Origin: Sphingomonadaceae bacterium
GTDB lineage: Bacteria > Pseudomonadota > Alphaproteobacteria > Sphingomonadales > Sphingomonadaceae
Direction of reading: 5' to 3'
DNA length: 64,000 nt
NCBI GenBank assembly: GCA_041740105.1
Contig: JBGSMP010000296.1
Location: forward strand, 5,748-69,747
Below are positions 37,089-46,531 of the stretch, piece after piece. Numbering within the stretch: the first letter of the stretch is position 1; each line of letters opens with the position of its first letter. Made by a program: the position numbers and the translations under genes. Under the pieces are notes generated by a model. It searched no databases, was not told the DNA's origin, and saw nothing but the letters and a program-made list of their open reading frames with translations.

Positions 37089-38261
37089 TCACCCCAGCCA
37101 GTCCTCGCGCACTCCCGCATTGTCAGCGCCCAGCGCCCGCCCGGCCCAGCGCAGTCTGCCCGGGGTTTCCGACAAGCGCGGGCAGATGTTGGGGAGCGTC
37201 AGGGTGCCCGCGCGGGGATCGTCGATCTCGATCAGGTTTTCGCGTGCCTGATATTGCGGATCGCTGAAAATCTCTTCGATTGAATAGACGGGTCCACACG
37301 GCACTTGCCCCGCTTCGCAGGCCGCGAGAATGTCGTCGCGGGTCATCGCGCTCGTCCAGTGCGTGACGAAGGCGTCGACCTCAGCGCGGCTTGCCTCTCG
37401 CTTCGCCGTCGTGCCGTAAATGCCTTCGCCCGTTACATCCATGCGGTCCATGACCGCGGCAAGTCGGGCGAAGATCTTGTCGTTGGTGCAGGCGATCGCG
37501 ACCCATAAACCATCCTTGGTGGGGTAGTGGCTGTGCGGCACGGCATTGACTGTCCCTGCGCCCATACGTTCGCGGACAAAGCTGCTCCGCGCAAAGGCAG
37601 GCGCGAGTTCGTCGAGCAGCCGGAACGTGCCTTCGTACAAGCCGACGTCGATCACCTGACCGCGCCCCGTGCGTTCGCGCACATGCAGCGCTGTGAGCAC
37701 GCCGAGAGCTGCGTAAATGCCAGTGATATAGTCCGAAAGTGTCGCGGTGCCCGGCGATGAGGGTGGCTGTCCGGGATCGCCGCAAAGATAAGAGATGCCG
37801 CTGAACGCGTTGGCAATGCGGCCGAAGCCGGGGCGGTCGCGGTAGGGGCCCGTCTGCCCGTATGCCGACACGCGCGCGATGATCAGGCGCGGATTGAGGG
37901 CGTGGAGCACGTCGGGCCCCAGGCCCCAGCGCTCGAGCGTGCCCGGCTGGAAATTCTCGCAAAGCACATCGGCTTGCGCTGCCAGCGCCTGTAACGTCGC
38001 GACCCCCTCCGGCGTGCGCAGGTCAAGTTCGATCGATCGCTTGTTCCGGCCCTCGCTCAGCCACACCAATGTGTCGCCACATTCGGTCATGGTGCCGAAT
38101 TTGCGTACTGGGTCGCCCGTTCCGGTCAGTTCGACCTTCACAACATCGGCGCCGAATTCGGCCAGATATGTCGCGCAATACGGTCCGGCGATAAACGTGG
38201 CGAGATCGAGGACGCGTAAGCCGAAAAAAGCGTCCACCGCAATATCACCGCTACTTGTCAT
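37089..38261 (-). CDS. CaiB/BaiF family III CoA-transferase (paralog 2)
   Basis: FIAGPYCATYLAEFGADVVKVE, RNKRS, ENFQPG, AYGQTGP. Confidence 0.93.
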   Translation of the reverse strand: MTSSGDIAVDAFFGLRVLDLATFIAGPYCATYLAEFGADVVKVELTGTGDPVRKFGTMTECGDTLVWLSEGRNKRSIELDLRTPEGVATLQALAAQADVLCENFQPGTLERWGLGPDVLHALNPRLIIARVSAYGQTGPYRDRPGFGRIANAFSGISYLCGDPGQPPSSPGTATLSDYITGIYAALGVLTALHVRERTGRGQVIDVGLYEGTFRLLDELAPAFARSSFVRERMGAGTVNAVPHSHYPTKDGLWVAIACTNDKIFARLAAVMDRMDVTGEGIYGTTAKREASRAEVDAFVTHWTSAMTRDDILAACEAGQVPCGPVYSIEEIFSDPQYQARENLIEIDDPRAGTLTLPNICPRLSETPGRLRWAGRALGADNAGVREDWLG

Positions 38262-38272
38262 CAGAGGTTCCA

Positions 38273-38288
38273 ATTGGTCCGGACCAAT
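38273..38288. promoter_or_regulatory. GntR-type operator ATTGGTCCGGACCAAT
   Basis: Perfect 16-bp palindrome in a divergent intergenic region. Confidence 0.82.
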
Positions 38289-38352
38289 GCTAGCTACATG
38301 CCCCATGGGGATCGATCAAGGCCCAATTCCGACGCGCCAAAGGAGCGAAGCG

Positions 38353-39894
38353 ATGTTGATGTCTGCACCTGAATACCGCGAATCGCTGCGTCGTTTGACG
38401 CCCAGGGTTTATATCGGCGGCGAACAGGTCGTCTCAGTCGCTGATGATGCACGGCTCGAGCCCGGTATCAACGCAACAGGGATCACCTATGATTTCGCCC
38501 GGAACGATGGCCACCGCAACGTCATGGTCACCGATGGTCTTGCGGGTACACCGACCAATCGCTTCCTTGCGATAAACCGCAGCCGCGAGGATTTGCTGGC
38601 AAAGCTCGAGGCGGTTCGTCTGACCTGCCAATATGCCGGCTGCGCGCAGCGTTACCTGACGCACGACGCGTTCAATGCGCTGTGGGAAGCGACATGGCAA
38701 ATCGCCGAACGTACCGGCGGCGAACAGCACGATCGGCTAAAAACCTATATTGCGCACGCTCAGGCCAACGACCTCGCCATCGGAATCGCGATGACCGATG
38801 GCAAGGGCGATCGCTCGAAACGCCCGTCAGAACAAGCCGAGCCGATGTCGTATGTTCATGTTACGGAGCGTCGGGCCGACGGAGTCGTAATCTCTGGGAT
38901 AAAGGCGATCGTCACCGGTGGTGCCTACATGCACGAATTGCTCGTGCTCCCCTGTCGGCGGATGACCGAAGCGGATCGCGACTTCGCGATTGCATGTGCG
39001 GTTCCGATCGATGCCGAAGGCGTCACCGTCATTTCGCGCCCCGCGGGCCGGCCCGGCGTGGCCGCCGCAAAGTTCAGCGCCAAATTCGCGCAAGCGGTCG
39101 CCGCTGTGCATTTCGACGAGGTTTTCGTGCCGTGGGACCGGGTGTTTATCGATGGTGAGATCGATGAAGCGCACTTGATGACCACGAACTATGCGACGCA
39201 CCATCGCCATAGTTGCATTGGCGCACGCGCTGGCTTTGGTGACCTGCTGATCGGGGCGGGCGCGCTTATGAGCGAAGCGAATGGGCTCGACATCGACCGC
39301 GTCCCGCATCTGCGTGATCGGATGGTCGAATTGATCAAGATCACCGAAGGCTTTTACGCGTGCGGGGTCGCAGCTTCGACATTCGGCGAACATGATGCGG
39401 CAGGCAATTTCCGGCCAGAACAAATCTATTCGAATATCGGCAAGTTGCTGCTTGCCAACCAGATTTACGATATGCACCGGATCGCGCACGAAGTGTCCGG
39501 CGGACTTGTCGTGGGCCTTCCGTCACCTGAGGAGGATCATAATCCGCACACAGCGCCGATGATCAGTGAACTGCTCCGGGGGCGTCCCGACATCCCCTAT
39601 GCGCATCGCGCCAATGTCGCGCGGTTCATGGAGGATCTAACCGCGTCTGAAACCGGCGGCTGGTATTCGGTGATCAGCCTGCATGGCGGCGGATCGCCCG
39701 AAGCGATGAAGCTCGAAATCCTGCGCAATTATCCCGTGCAAGATCGCAAGGAGCTCGTACAGTCGCTGCTGGATCGCGGTGCGCTCGATCTCGGCCAGGG
39801 ACCATCCCGCGACCGTCAACCTGGCCGTTGCTGCGCCAAAGGATGCGACACGGCCGACATGCAGCCAGCCCTGCCACAGCTTGCTGCTGAATGA
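38353..39894 (+). CDS. HpaB / 4-hydroxybutyryl-CoA dehydratase family flavoprotein
   Basis: EYRESLR, AMTDGKGDRS, GVVISGIKAIVTG, FDEVFVPWDRVF, LHGGGSP. AGGAG RBS. Confidence 0.85.
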   Translation: MLMSAPEYRESLRRLTPRVYIGGEQVVSVADDARLEPGINATGITYDFARNDGHRNVMVTDGLAGTPTNRFLAINRSREDLLAKLEAVRLTCQYAGCAQRYLTHDAFNALWEATWQIAERTGGEQHDRLKTYIAHAQANDLAIGIAMTDGKGDRSKRPSEQAEPMSYVHVTERRADGVVISGIKAIVTGGAYMHELLVLPCRRMTEADRDFAIACAVPIDAEGVTVISRPAGRPGVAAAKFSAKFAQAVAAVHFDEVFVPWDRVFIDGEIDEAHLMTTNYATHHRHSCIGARAGFGDLLIGAGALMSEANGLDIDRVPHLRDRMVELIKITEGFYACGVAASTFGEHDAAGNFRPEQIYSNIGKLLLANQIYDMHRIAHEVSGGLVVGLPSPEEDHNPHTAPMISELLRGRPDIPYAHRANVARFMEDLTASETGGWYSVISLHGGGSPEAMKLEILRNYPVQDRKELVQSLLDRGALDLGQGPSRDRQPGRCCAKGCDTADMQPALPQLAAE

Positions 39895-39901
39895 GGTTAC
39901 C

Positions 39902-40067
39902 GGTGCTGTCAACGCGGCGCTGAAAGACCAGCATGGCAGCGGTCTTGAATGCAAGACAAAATGTTAGGCAACGCTTGCCGCGGGCCAATGTCTTTTGGCC
40001 AAGGGCAATATCGACTCGCGCATAACTGCAGCAATGAGAGACGGCTTCGTATCGGACTGACAGTACC
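39902..40067 (+). mobile_element. 166-bp internally deleted IS6 derivative (MITE-like)
   Basis: Left IR GGTGCTGTCA. Right end GAGACGGCTTCGTATCGGACTGACAGTACC parallels the right end of the IS6 relic ending at 14953. Internal trace of the transposase 3' end. No target duplication. Confidence 0.78.
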
Positions 40068-40076
40068 GCCATTGGC

Positions 40077-40117
40077 ATGTGAAATTCCTATTGACATTCA
40101 CATTGAAATGTTATCAT
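40077..40117 (+). promoter_or_regulatory. ribB promoter region with dyads
   Basis: ATGTGAA-N13-TTCACAT (40077-40103) and ACATT-GA-AATGT (40100-40111) around TTGACA (40091). TATCAT at 40112 gives only a 15-bp spacer. Confidence 0.5.
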
Positions 40118-40125
40118 CGGTCCCT

Positions 40126-41400
40126 ATGAGCACAGCCCTGATCGAAAAACTTCGTCGTCATGTCGCCGATGGCGGCGTTTCGCGTTCGGGGCTTGCCCGC
40201 GCGGCAGGTCTTCACGCCAACACTTTACGCGATTTCGATGACGCGGCGTGGAATCCGACCAGCGAAACGTTGCGCAAACTCGAGGCCTATCTGATCGCGA
40301 ACGATGATCGCCCCACCCTTGTGCCCATCGAACAGATTATCGAGGAAGCGCGCAACGGCCGCATGTATATCCTTGTCGATGACGAGGACCGCGAAAACGA
40401 AGGCGATCTTATCATTCCCGCGCAAATGGCGACGCCCGATGCGATCAATTTCATGGCGACGCACGGCCGCGGGTTGATTTGCCTTGCGATGACGAAGTCG
40501 CGCGTCGATCAGCTTGGTCTTGAGCTCATGTCCCGCGCGAACGGGACGCGGCACGAAACAGCGTTCACGACATCGATCGAAGCGCGCGAAGGCGTGACCA
40601 CGGGCATTTCGGCAGCGGACCGCGCGCGGACGATTTCGGTCGCGATCGATGCCAGCAAAGGTGCAGAAGACATCGTGACGCCGGGGCATGTTTTCCCGCT
40701 GATTGCGCGCGATGGCGGCGTTCTGGTGCGCACCGGCCATACCGAAGCCGCGGTCGACGTGTCGCGGTTGGCGGGGCTCAATCCGTCAGGTGTGATCTGT
40801 GAGATCATGAAAGACGACGGCACAATGGCACGGATGGACGATCTGATCGTCTTTGCGCGGCTGCACGGGCTGAAAATGGGGACGATCCGCGATCTGATCG
40901 CTTATCGCATGCGCAACGATCATCTTGTCGAGCGCGTGTCGGAGAGCCAGTTTACGTCCGATTACGGCGGCGACTGGAAAGCGATGACCTATCGCAACAA
41001 AGTCGATGGCTCGACCAACGTCGTGCTGCAAATGGGCAGGGTCTTGCCCGATACGCCGACGCTTGTGCGCATGCACAGCATATCGATTTTTTCCGATCTG
41101 CTGGGGCAGCAAGGTCCGCGCAAACGCACCTTGCAGCGCGCGATGGCGGAGATTGGCAAGGCTGGCGCGGGGCTTATCGTCTTGCTGATGCCGAACGATC
41201 CGGAAAGCCTGACGCGCGAAATCGGCGGCACGCCGCGCACCGAAATGGACTTGCGCAGCTATGGCATCGGGGCGCAAATTCTTGCCGATCTCGGCGTCCA
41301 TGACATGATCTTGCTGACCAATGCACATCGCAATGTGATTGCGGTCGAAGGTTATGGCCTTAATATTGTCGGTGAGCAGCCCATCCCGGAGGCGATATAA
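40126..41400 (+). CDS. ribB: DHBP synthase RibBX with N-terminal HTH domain
   Basis: [35 protein letters not shown]. The GTP cyclohydrolase II-like domain lacks the Zn cysteines. About 60-aa HTH-like leader. Confidence 0.92.
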   Translation: MSTALIEKLRRHVADGGVSRSGLARAAGLHANTLRDFDDAAWNPTSETLRKLEAYLIANDDRPTLVPIEQIIEEARNGRMYILVDDEDRENEGDLIIPAQMATPDAINFMATHGRGLICLAMTKSRVDQLGLELMSRANGTRHETAFTTSIEAREGVTTGISAADRARTISVAIDASKGAEDIVTPGHVFPLIARDGGVLVRTGHTEAAVDVSRLAGLNPSGVICEIMKDDGTMARMDDLIVFARLHGLKMGTIRDLIAYRMRNDHLVERVSESQFTSDYGGDWKAMTYRNKVDGSTNVVLQMGRVLPDTPTLVRMHSISIFSDLLGQQGPRKRTLQRAMAEIGKAGAGLIVLLMPNDPESLTREIGGTPRTEMDLRSYGIGAQILADLGVHDMILLTNAHRNVIAVEGYGLNIVGEQPIPEAI

Positions 41401-41819
41401 TGGCGAAGATACTGATCGTCGAAGCGCGGTTCTACGACCACCTCAATGATCTGCTGCTCGACGGCGCGCGGGCGGCGATCGCAGACGCTGGCCATCACAG
41501 CGACACGATCACGGTTCCCGGTGCGCTCGAAATTCCCGGCGCCATATCGCTTGCCGCCGAAAGCGGGCGCTATGATGCCTATGTGGCGCTCGGCGTGGTC
41601 ATCCGCGGCGAAACCTATCATTTCGAAATCGTGGCCGGCGAAAGCGCGCGCGGCATCATGGCGCTGACGATGGATGGGCTTGCGATCGGCAACGGTATCT
41701 TGACGGTGGAAAACGAAGCGCGGGCGCTGACCCGCGCGAGACCGACCGAGAAAGACAAAGGCGGCGAAGCGGCCAAGGCAGCACTGGCGATGCTCGCCCT
41801 CAAGGCCCGTTTCGCATGA
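41400..41819 (+). CDS. ribH: 6,7-dimethyl-8-ribityllumazine synthase
   Basis: [31 protein letters not shown]. Confidence 0.96.
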   Translation: MAKILIVEARFYDHLNDLLLDGARAAIADAGHHSDTITVPGALEIPGAISLAAESGRYDAYVALGVVIRGETYHFEIVAGESARGIMALTMDGLAIGNGILTVENEARALTRARPTEKDKGGEAAKAALAMLALKARFA

Positions 41820-42355
41820 GCGGCTATCCGGTCATCGAAACCGAAAACCTCATCCTGCGTGTCCCCGAAGTATCCGACCTCGATGGCTGGACGATCATGA
41901 ATTCGGATGAGGCGACAATGCGCTTCATCGGCGGTGTCGCGTCCCGCGCCGAAACATGGCGGCAGTTGTGCACAATGCGCGGCGCATGGGACATCCGCGG
42001 ATTTGCGATGTTCTCGGTGATCGAAAAAGCAACCGGGGCGTGGGTCGGGCGCATCGGCCCGTGGATGCCCGAAGGCTGGCCCGGCGAGGAGGTGGGCTGG
42101 GGCGTATCCGCGCAATTCGCCGGCAAGGGCTATGCGTATGAAGCGGCCGCCGCCTCGATGGATTATGCAGTCGACGTGCTGAAGTGGCCGTTCATCATCC
42201 ATACGATCGACCCCGAAAATATCCGGTCGATCAAGCTGGCCGAGCGGCTCGGCTCGACCAATGGTGGGCCGACGCAATTGCCGACCCCGTTCGAAAGCGC
42301 GCGTGTCGATGCGTGGGGCCAGAGTGCGGATCAGTGGCGGGCGCGGCGCGCATAG
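41816..42355 (+). CDS. GNAT (RimJ/RimL-like) N-acetyltransferase
   Basis: [34 protein letters not shown]. Confidence 0.88.
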   Translation: MSGYPVIETENLILRVPEVSDLDGWTIMNSDEATMRFIGGVASRAETWRQLCTMRGAWDIRGFAMFSVIEKATGAWVGRIGPWMPEGWPGEEVGWGVSAQFAGKGYAYEAAAASMDYAVDVLKWPFIIHTIDPENIRSIKLAERLGSTNGGPTQLPTPFESARVDAWGQSADQWRARRA

Positions 42356-43164
42356 CTCTGGCTTCCCCGGGTGATGACCACATCCTCGCCGGTCACTGTA
42401 TCGACCGCATATTCGGGCAGCGCATCGAGCGCGGCATAAACCGGTGCGAAATCGGTTTCGACCGTGGTTCGGAGCAGGTCATCGAACGACGGGATCACGA
42501 AATACGTCTGCTGATAATCGTCTATCCGGTAGTCTGTACGCATCACGCGCCGTAGATCGAACCCGATGCGGTTGGGACTGGGATCGTCGAGCGCGAAAAT
42601 GCTTTCGCCGTGGCTCGAAACGATGCCCGAGCCATAGATCCGTAATTGCCCGTTCTCGCGGACGAGTCCGAATTCGACCGTATACCAGTAAAGCCGCGCG
42701 AGCCGCTTGAGCGCCCCCAGCGATCCGGCGCGCTGTCCGCCCTCGCCATAAGCAACCATATAATCGGCAAATACCGGGTTCGCGAGCATCGGGACGTGAC
42801 CGAAGACATCGTGAAAAACATCGGGCTCCTGCAAATAATCGAGCTGGTCGGGCCGCCGGATGAAATTGCCTGCGACGAAGATCCGGTCCGCAAGGCAATC
42901 GAAAAAGACATCGTCGGGGATAAGGCCCGGAACAGCAACAACGCGCCAACCCGTCGCGGCGTGCAAGCGTTCGGACAGTTCGGTAAAGTCGGGAATGCCG
43001 GGCTTCGACAGCTTCAGCACGTCGATTCCACGCAGGAATGCCTCTGAGGCCCGGCCGGGCAGCATGGCGGACTGGCGCGCAAACAGCGTGTCCCATGTCG
43101 CATGGTCCTGCGCCGGATAATGTGCCCAGTCTTGCGGGATGATCCATTCACTGGCGCTTGTCAT
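42331..43164 (-). CDS. phhA: Phenylalanine 4-monooxygenase
   Basis: YLQEPDVFHDVFGHVP, RLYWYTVEFGL, YRIDDYQQTYF. Confidence 0.96.
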   Translation of the reverse strand: MTSASEWIIPQDWAHYPAQDHATWDTLFARQSAMLPGRASEAFLRGIDVLKLSKPGIPDFTELSERLHAATGWRVVAVPGLIPDDVFFDCLADRIFVAGNFIRRPDQLDYLQEPDVFHDVFGHVPMLANPVFADYMVAYGEGGQRAGSLGALKRLARLYWYTVEFGLVRENGQLRIYGSGIVSSHGESIFALDDPSPNRIGFDLRRVMRTDYRIDDYQQTYFVIPSFDDLLRTTVETDFAPVYAALDALPEYAVDTVTGEDVVITRGSQSYARRARH

Positions 43165-43187
43165 GCGCCCCGCTTACACTGGCAGCC

Positions 43188-43874
43188 ATGCGACCGCAAA
43201 GCCGCCGCCTGATCGCATTGCTGTTGGCGCCGGTCGGGCTTTACTTTGCCGCAGCGGGCGTGCTCGGTCATGTGCCGGTTAACGCGGGTTGGCGCGAACC
43301 GGCTGATGGCGTGACGATCTATCTGGCGAGCAACGGGGTTCACACCGGTATCGTCCTGCCTGTTGAAGCGACAGGAATCGACTGGCGCAGCCGGGTTCGG
43401 GCATCTGATCTGCCTGACCCTGCGCGTGCCGGACGATGGTTACTGTTCGGCTGGGGTGACCGCGAATTCTATCTGAACACGCCGACATGGGCCGATGTTA
43501 ACCCCGGCACGGCGCTGTCTGCATTGATCGGCAGCGGACAGACGCTGGTCCATGTCGATCATTTCGATGATTTTTACGCTGATGCCGATATGCGCCCGTT
43601 GCGGATCACATCCGAGGAATATGCGCGACTGGCTAAGTTTATCGAAAGCTCATTCGCCGAAACCGGCGACGCGATCCCAGGCTACGGCGCGCGCGACGTT
43701 TTTTATACCGGGCGCGGTCGATATAGTGCGCTGCGCACATGCAATGTCTGGACGGGCGAAGCGCTCAAAGCGGCAGGCGTGCGAACGGCTGTGTGGAGCC
43801 CGTTTCCCGGTGGCATCATGCGCTGGGCCAAAGTGCCGCCGTCCGGAACGTCAACGCGCGGGCGCGGGGGTTAG
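43188..43874 (+). CDS. TIGR02117/DUF2459 family protein
   Basis: SNGVHTGIVLP, FGWGDREFYLNTPTW, YSALRTCNVW. Confidence 0.85.
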   Translation: MRPQSRRLIALLLAPVGLYFAAAGVLGHVPVNAGWREPADGVTIYLASNGVHTGIVLPVEATGIDWRSRVRASDLPDPARAGRWLLFGWGDREFYLNTPTWADVNPGTALSALIGSGQTLVHVDHFDDFYADADMRPLRITSEEYARLAKFIESSFAETGDAIPGYGARDVFYTGRGRYSALRTCNVWTGEALKAAGVRTAVWSPFPGGIMRWAKVPPSGTSTRGRGG

Positions 43875-44396
43875 CGCGGGCACCGATTTTGCCGCCTCGA
43901 CCGGATCGATTCCGGGAGGCGGTGCTGCGCTTATCGTTTCATTGCCCGCCAGCGCGCGCGCTGCCAGGCGAATGGCACGGCGGACGCGGTTATAGGTGCC
44001 GCAGCGACAGATATTGGTGATCGCAGCGTCGATTTCGTCATCGGTCGGGTTGGGCTTGGTCTTCAATAGTGTCGATACCGCCATGATCATGCCGGGCTGG
44101 CAGAATCCGCATTGCGGCACTTGTTCGGCGACCCATGCCTGCTGCACCGGATGCGAACGGTCCCGCGACAGCGCTTCGATCGTCGTCACGAACGCGCCCT
44201 CGACTTGTGCCAGTGTGACTTGGCAGCTGCGCACCGATTTGCCGTCGATATCGACGGTGCACGCGCCGCAATCGCCGGTGCCGCAGCCATATTTGGTGCC
44301 GGTCAGGTTCGACGCATCGCGGATCGCCCATAGCAGGGGTGTCTGCGCGTCCATCCGGTAACGGACCGGCTGGTTATTTATGGTGAGACTAGTCAC
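43851..44396 (-). CDS. (2Fe-2S) small subunit, IorA/CoxS-like
   Basis: GTKYGCGTGDCGACTV, QCGFCQPG, NICRCGTY. GTG start. Confidence 0.9.
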   Translation of the reverse strand: MTSLTINNQPVRYRMDAQTPLLWAIRDASNLTGTKYGCGTGDCGACTVDIDGKSVRSCQVTLAQVEGAFVTTIEALSRDRSHPVQQAWVAEQVPQCGFCQPGMIMAVSTLLKTKPNPTDDEIDAAITNICRCGTYNRVRRAIRLAARALAGNETISAAPPPGIDPVEAAKSVPALTPAPAR

Positions 44397-45147
44397 GCCA
44401 GCTGCGATCGATCTTGTCGACGCGGCGGACCATCGCGTCGAATTCGGCGCGGCCCGATCCACCGGGAATTGCGGTCTGGTGCATGTCGCGCTGGTGCACG
44501 GCGATGACGTCGGCGGGCACATGGATTGCCGGCCCCATCGATAGCGTTGCCAGCTGATGTTCGCACGCGCGCTGCAGTACCCAATATTTGATGAAGGCAT
44601 CGGGCAATGTCTTGCCCATCACCACCGGCCCGTGGTTGCGCAGCATCATGATCCGCTTGCCGCCGAGACTCGCCAGCAAAGCAGGTCCCTCCTCGTCGCG
44701 GACCGTGACACCTTGGAAGTCATGATAGGCAAGCTGTCCCATGAAATTGCACGCGTAAAAATTAACGGGCTGCAATCCGCCTTCGAGTGAACAAACAGCA
44801 ACGGTCGCGGTTGTGTGGGTGTGAATGATCGCATGCGCATCAGGCAGGTGACGGTGAAACAGGCTGTGCTGCACAAAGCCCGCCCGGTTGACGTGCCAGG
44901 GATTGTCGATGTCGAGCTTGTTGCCGTCGATATCGACTTTGACGAGGCTGGACGCCGTCACTTCGCTAAAATGCATGCCATAGGGGTTGATCAGGAATGC
45001 GCCGTCTTCGTCGAGCTTCACCGTGATGTGGTTGAAGATCATTTCGTCCCAACCCATCATCGCGAAGATGCGATAAGCGGCAGCGAGTTCCTGTCGCGCG
45101 GCCCATTCGGTTTCGGGCATCGTCCGGGTTTGCATTGCAGTCGCCAT
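44389..45147 (-). CDS. Class II aldolase/adducin family protein
   Basis: FNHIT, INPYG, EVTASSLVK, HTHT, LRNHG. GGAGGA RBS. Confidence 0.9.
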   Translation of the reverse strand: MATAMQTRTMPETEWAARQELAAAYRIFAMMGWDEMIFNHITVKLDEDGAFLINPYGMHFSEVTASSLVKVDIDGNKLDIDNPWHVNRAGFVQHSLFHRHLPDAHAIIHTHTTATVAVCSLEGGLQPVNFYACNFMGQLAYHDFQGVTVRDEEGPALLASLGGKRIMMLRNHGPVVMGKTLPDAFIKYWVLQRACEHQLATLSMGPAIHVPADVIAVHQRDMHQTAIPGGSGRAEFDAMVRRVDKIDRSWRD

Positions 45148-45283
45148 GGTATCCTCCGCTGATACAAGACGTAGCCAATCCAGCCGCTTTGGGCAAACCC
45201 ATGCGCGCGGTGGCCGGTCGATACGATCCGCTGATTGGCCGGATTCGCTTCCCACCTTGCCCCAGACTTTGTAGCACAAAATA

Positions 45284-46531
45284 ATGCTTCGCCGCCTTGC
45301 CCGTCGCCCGCGTTCGGCCATGCGCGCTTTTCTGGCCAAGGAAAGCGCCGGCGGCCTGTTGCTGATCGCCGCGGCCGTGCTCGCGATGATCGTGGCCAAT
45401 TCGCCGCTCGCCTGGGCCTATTTTCATGCACTGCATCTTGAAACAGGACTGGTGTTGAGCGCCAAGCTGGGGCCGATGACGCCGCATCTGTGGATCAACG
45501 ATGGCCTGATGAGCCTGTTCTTTCTGCTCGTCGGGCTGGAAATAAAGCGCGAGTTTATCGATGGTCATCTGTCGACCTGGGCCGATCGGCGGTTGCCGTT
45601 CATCGCTGCTGCGGCGGGGATGGCGGTTCCGGCTCTTGTTTATCTTGCGATCACCGGCGGCGATCCGACGCTGGCGCGGGGCTGGGCAATTCCGGCAGCC
45701 ACCGACATTGCGTTTGCGCTTGGGTTGCTGGCGCTCCTCGGCAAGCGCGCGCCGACGTCGCTCAAGCTGTTTCTGACGACAGTCGCGATCGTCGATGATG
45801 TCGGCGCGGTCGTCATCATTGCGGTATTTTATACAGCAAGCCTGAACCTGATGGCGCTTGCCGCGTCGTTTGCCGTGCTTGCGGGCATGTTTGCAATGAA
45901 CCGCGCGGGCGTGAAGCACCCCGGCTGGTATTTCGCGGCGTTCCTGCTCCTGTGGTATTTCGAATTGTTGTCAGGCGTCCACGCAACAGTTGCGGGCGTG
46001 CTTGCTGCGATGGCCGTGCCGATCACTCCGACGCCCGGAAGGCCCGACGACCGCAATTCGACATTGCACCGAATGGAACATGCGCTGCATCCGTGGGTCG
46101 CGTTTGCGATCGTGCCGATCTTCGGTTTTGCCAACGCGGGCGTTGCGCTTGGCGGGGGCAGTTCGGCCTTTGCGTCGCTCCCGTTGGCGATTGCGCTTGG
46201 GCTTTTTATCGGCAAGCAAGTGGGCGTTTTCGGCAGTGTGTGGCTGGCGGTCAAAGCCGGGGTCGCAAGCCGTCCCGCAAACGCAAGCTGGATACAGATT
46301 TACGGTGTGTCACTTCTCTGCGGCATCGGGTTTACGATGAGCCTGTTTATCGGTGGCCTCGCGTTTCCGAGCCAGCCCGAAGCCGACGCCGTCAAGATCG
46401 GCGTGCTGATGGGCTCGATGCTTAGTGCCGTTGCAGGCGTGCTTGCCTTATGGCTGGCAGGCCGACCGAAGCCTGCACAGACTGGCGCTCATGCAGCGAC
46501 GCGCGAAACCTTTTTCGAACGGACTGAATAG
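45284..46531 (+). CDS. nhaA: Na+/H+ antiporter NhaA
   Basis: WINDGLM, GLEIKRE, GWAIPAATDIAF, AIVDD, SGVHAT, CGIGFTMSLFI. Confidence 0.95.
   Translation: MLRRLARRPRSAMRAFLAKESAGGLLLIAAAVLAMIVANSPLAWAYFHALHLETGLVLSAKLGPMTPHLWINDGLMSLFFLLVGLEIKREFIDGHLSTWADRRLPFIAAAAGMAVPALVYLAITGGDPTLARGWAIPAATDIAFALGLLALLGKRAPTSLKLFLTTVAIVDDVGAVVIIAVFYTASLNLMALAASFAVLAGMFAMNRAGVKHPGWYFAAFLLLWYFELLSGVHATVAGVLAAMAVPITPTPGRPDDRNSTLHRMEHALHPWVAFAIVPIFGFANAGVALGGGSSAFASLPLAIALGLFIGKQVGVFGSVWLAVKAGVASRPANASWIQIYGVSLLCGIGFTMSLFIGGLAFPSQPEADAVKIGVLMGSMLSAVAGVLALWLAGRPKPAQTGAHAATRETFFERTE

Noticed and set aside
37879-38352. Long N-terminal extensions in the ORF track (also 15066, 39949, 54629, 12434)
   Set aside because: They overlap opposite-strand genes, operators or IS relics. 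Downstream starts have RBSs or match family starts.
39900-40125. FMN riboswitch upstream of ribB
   Set aside because: No RFN conserved motifs. The region is explained by the IS6 derivative and a short promoter.
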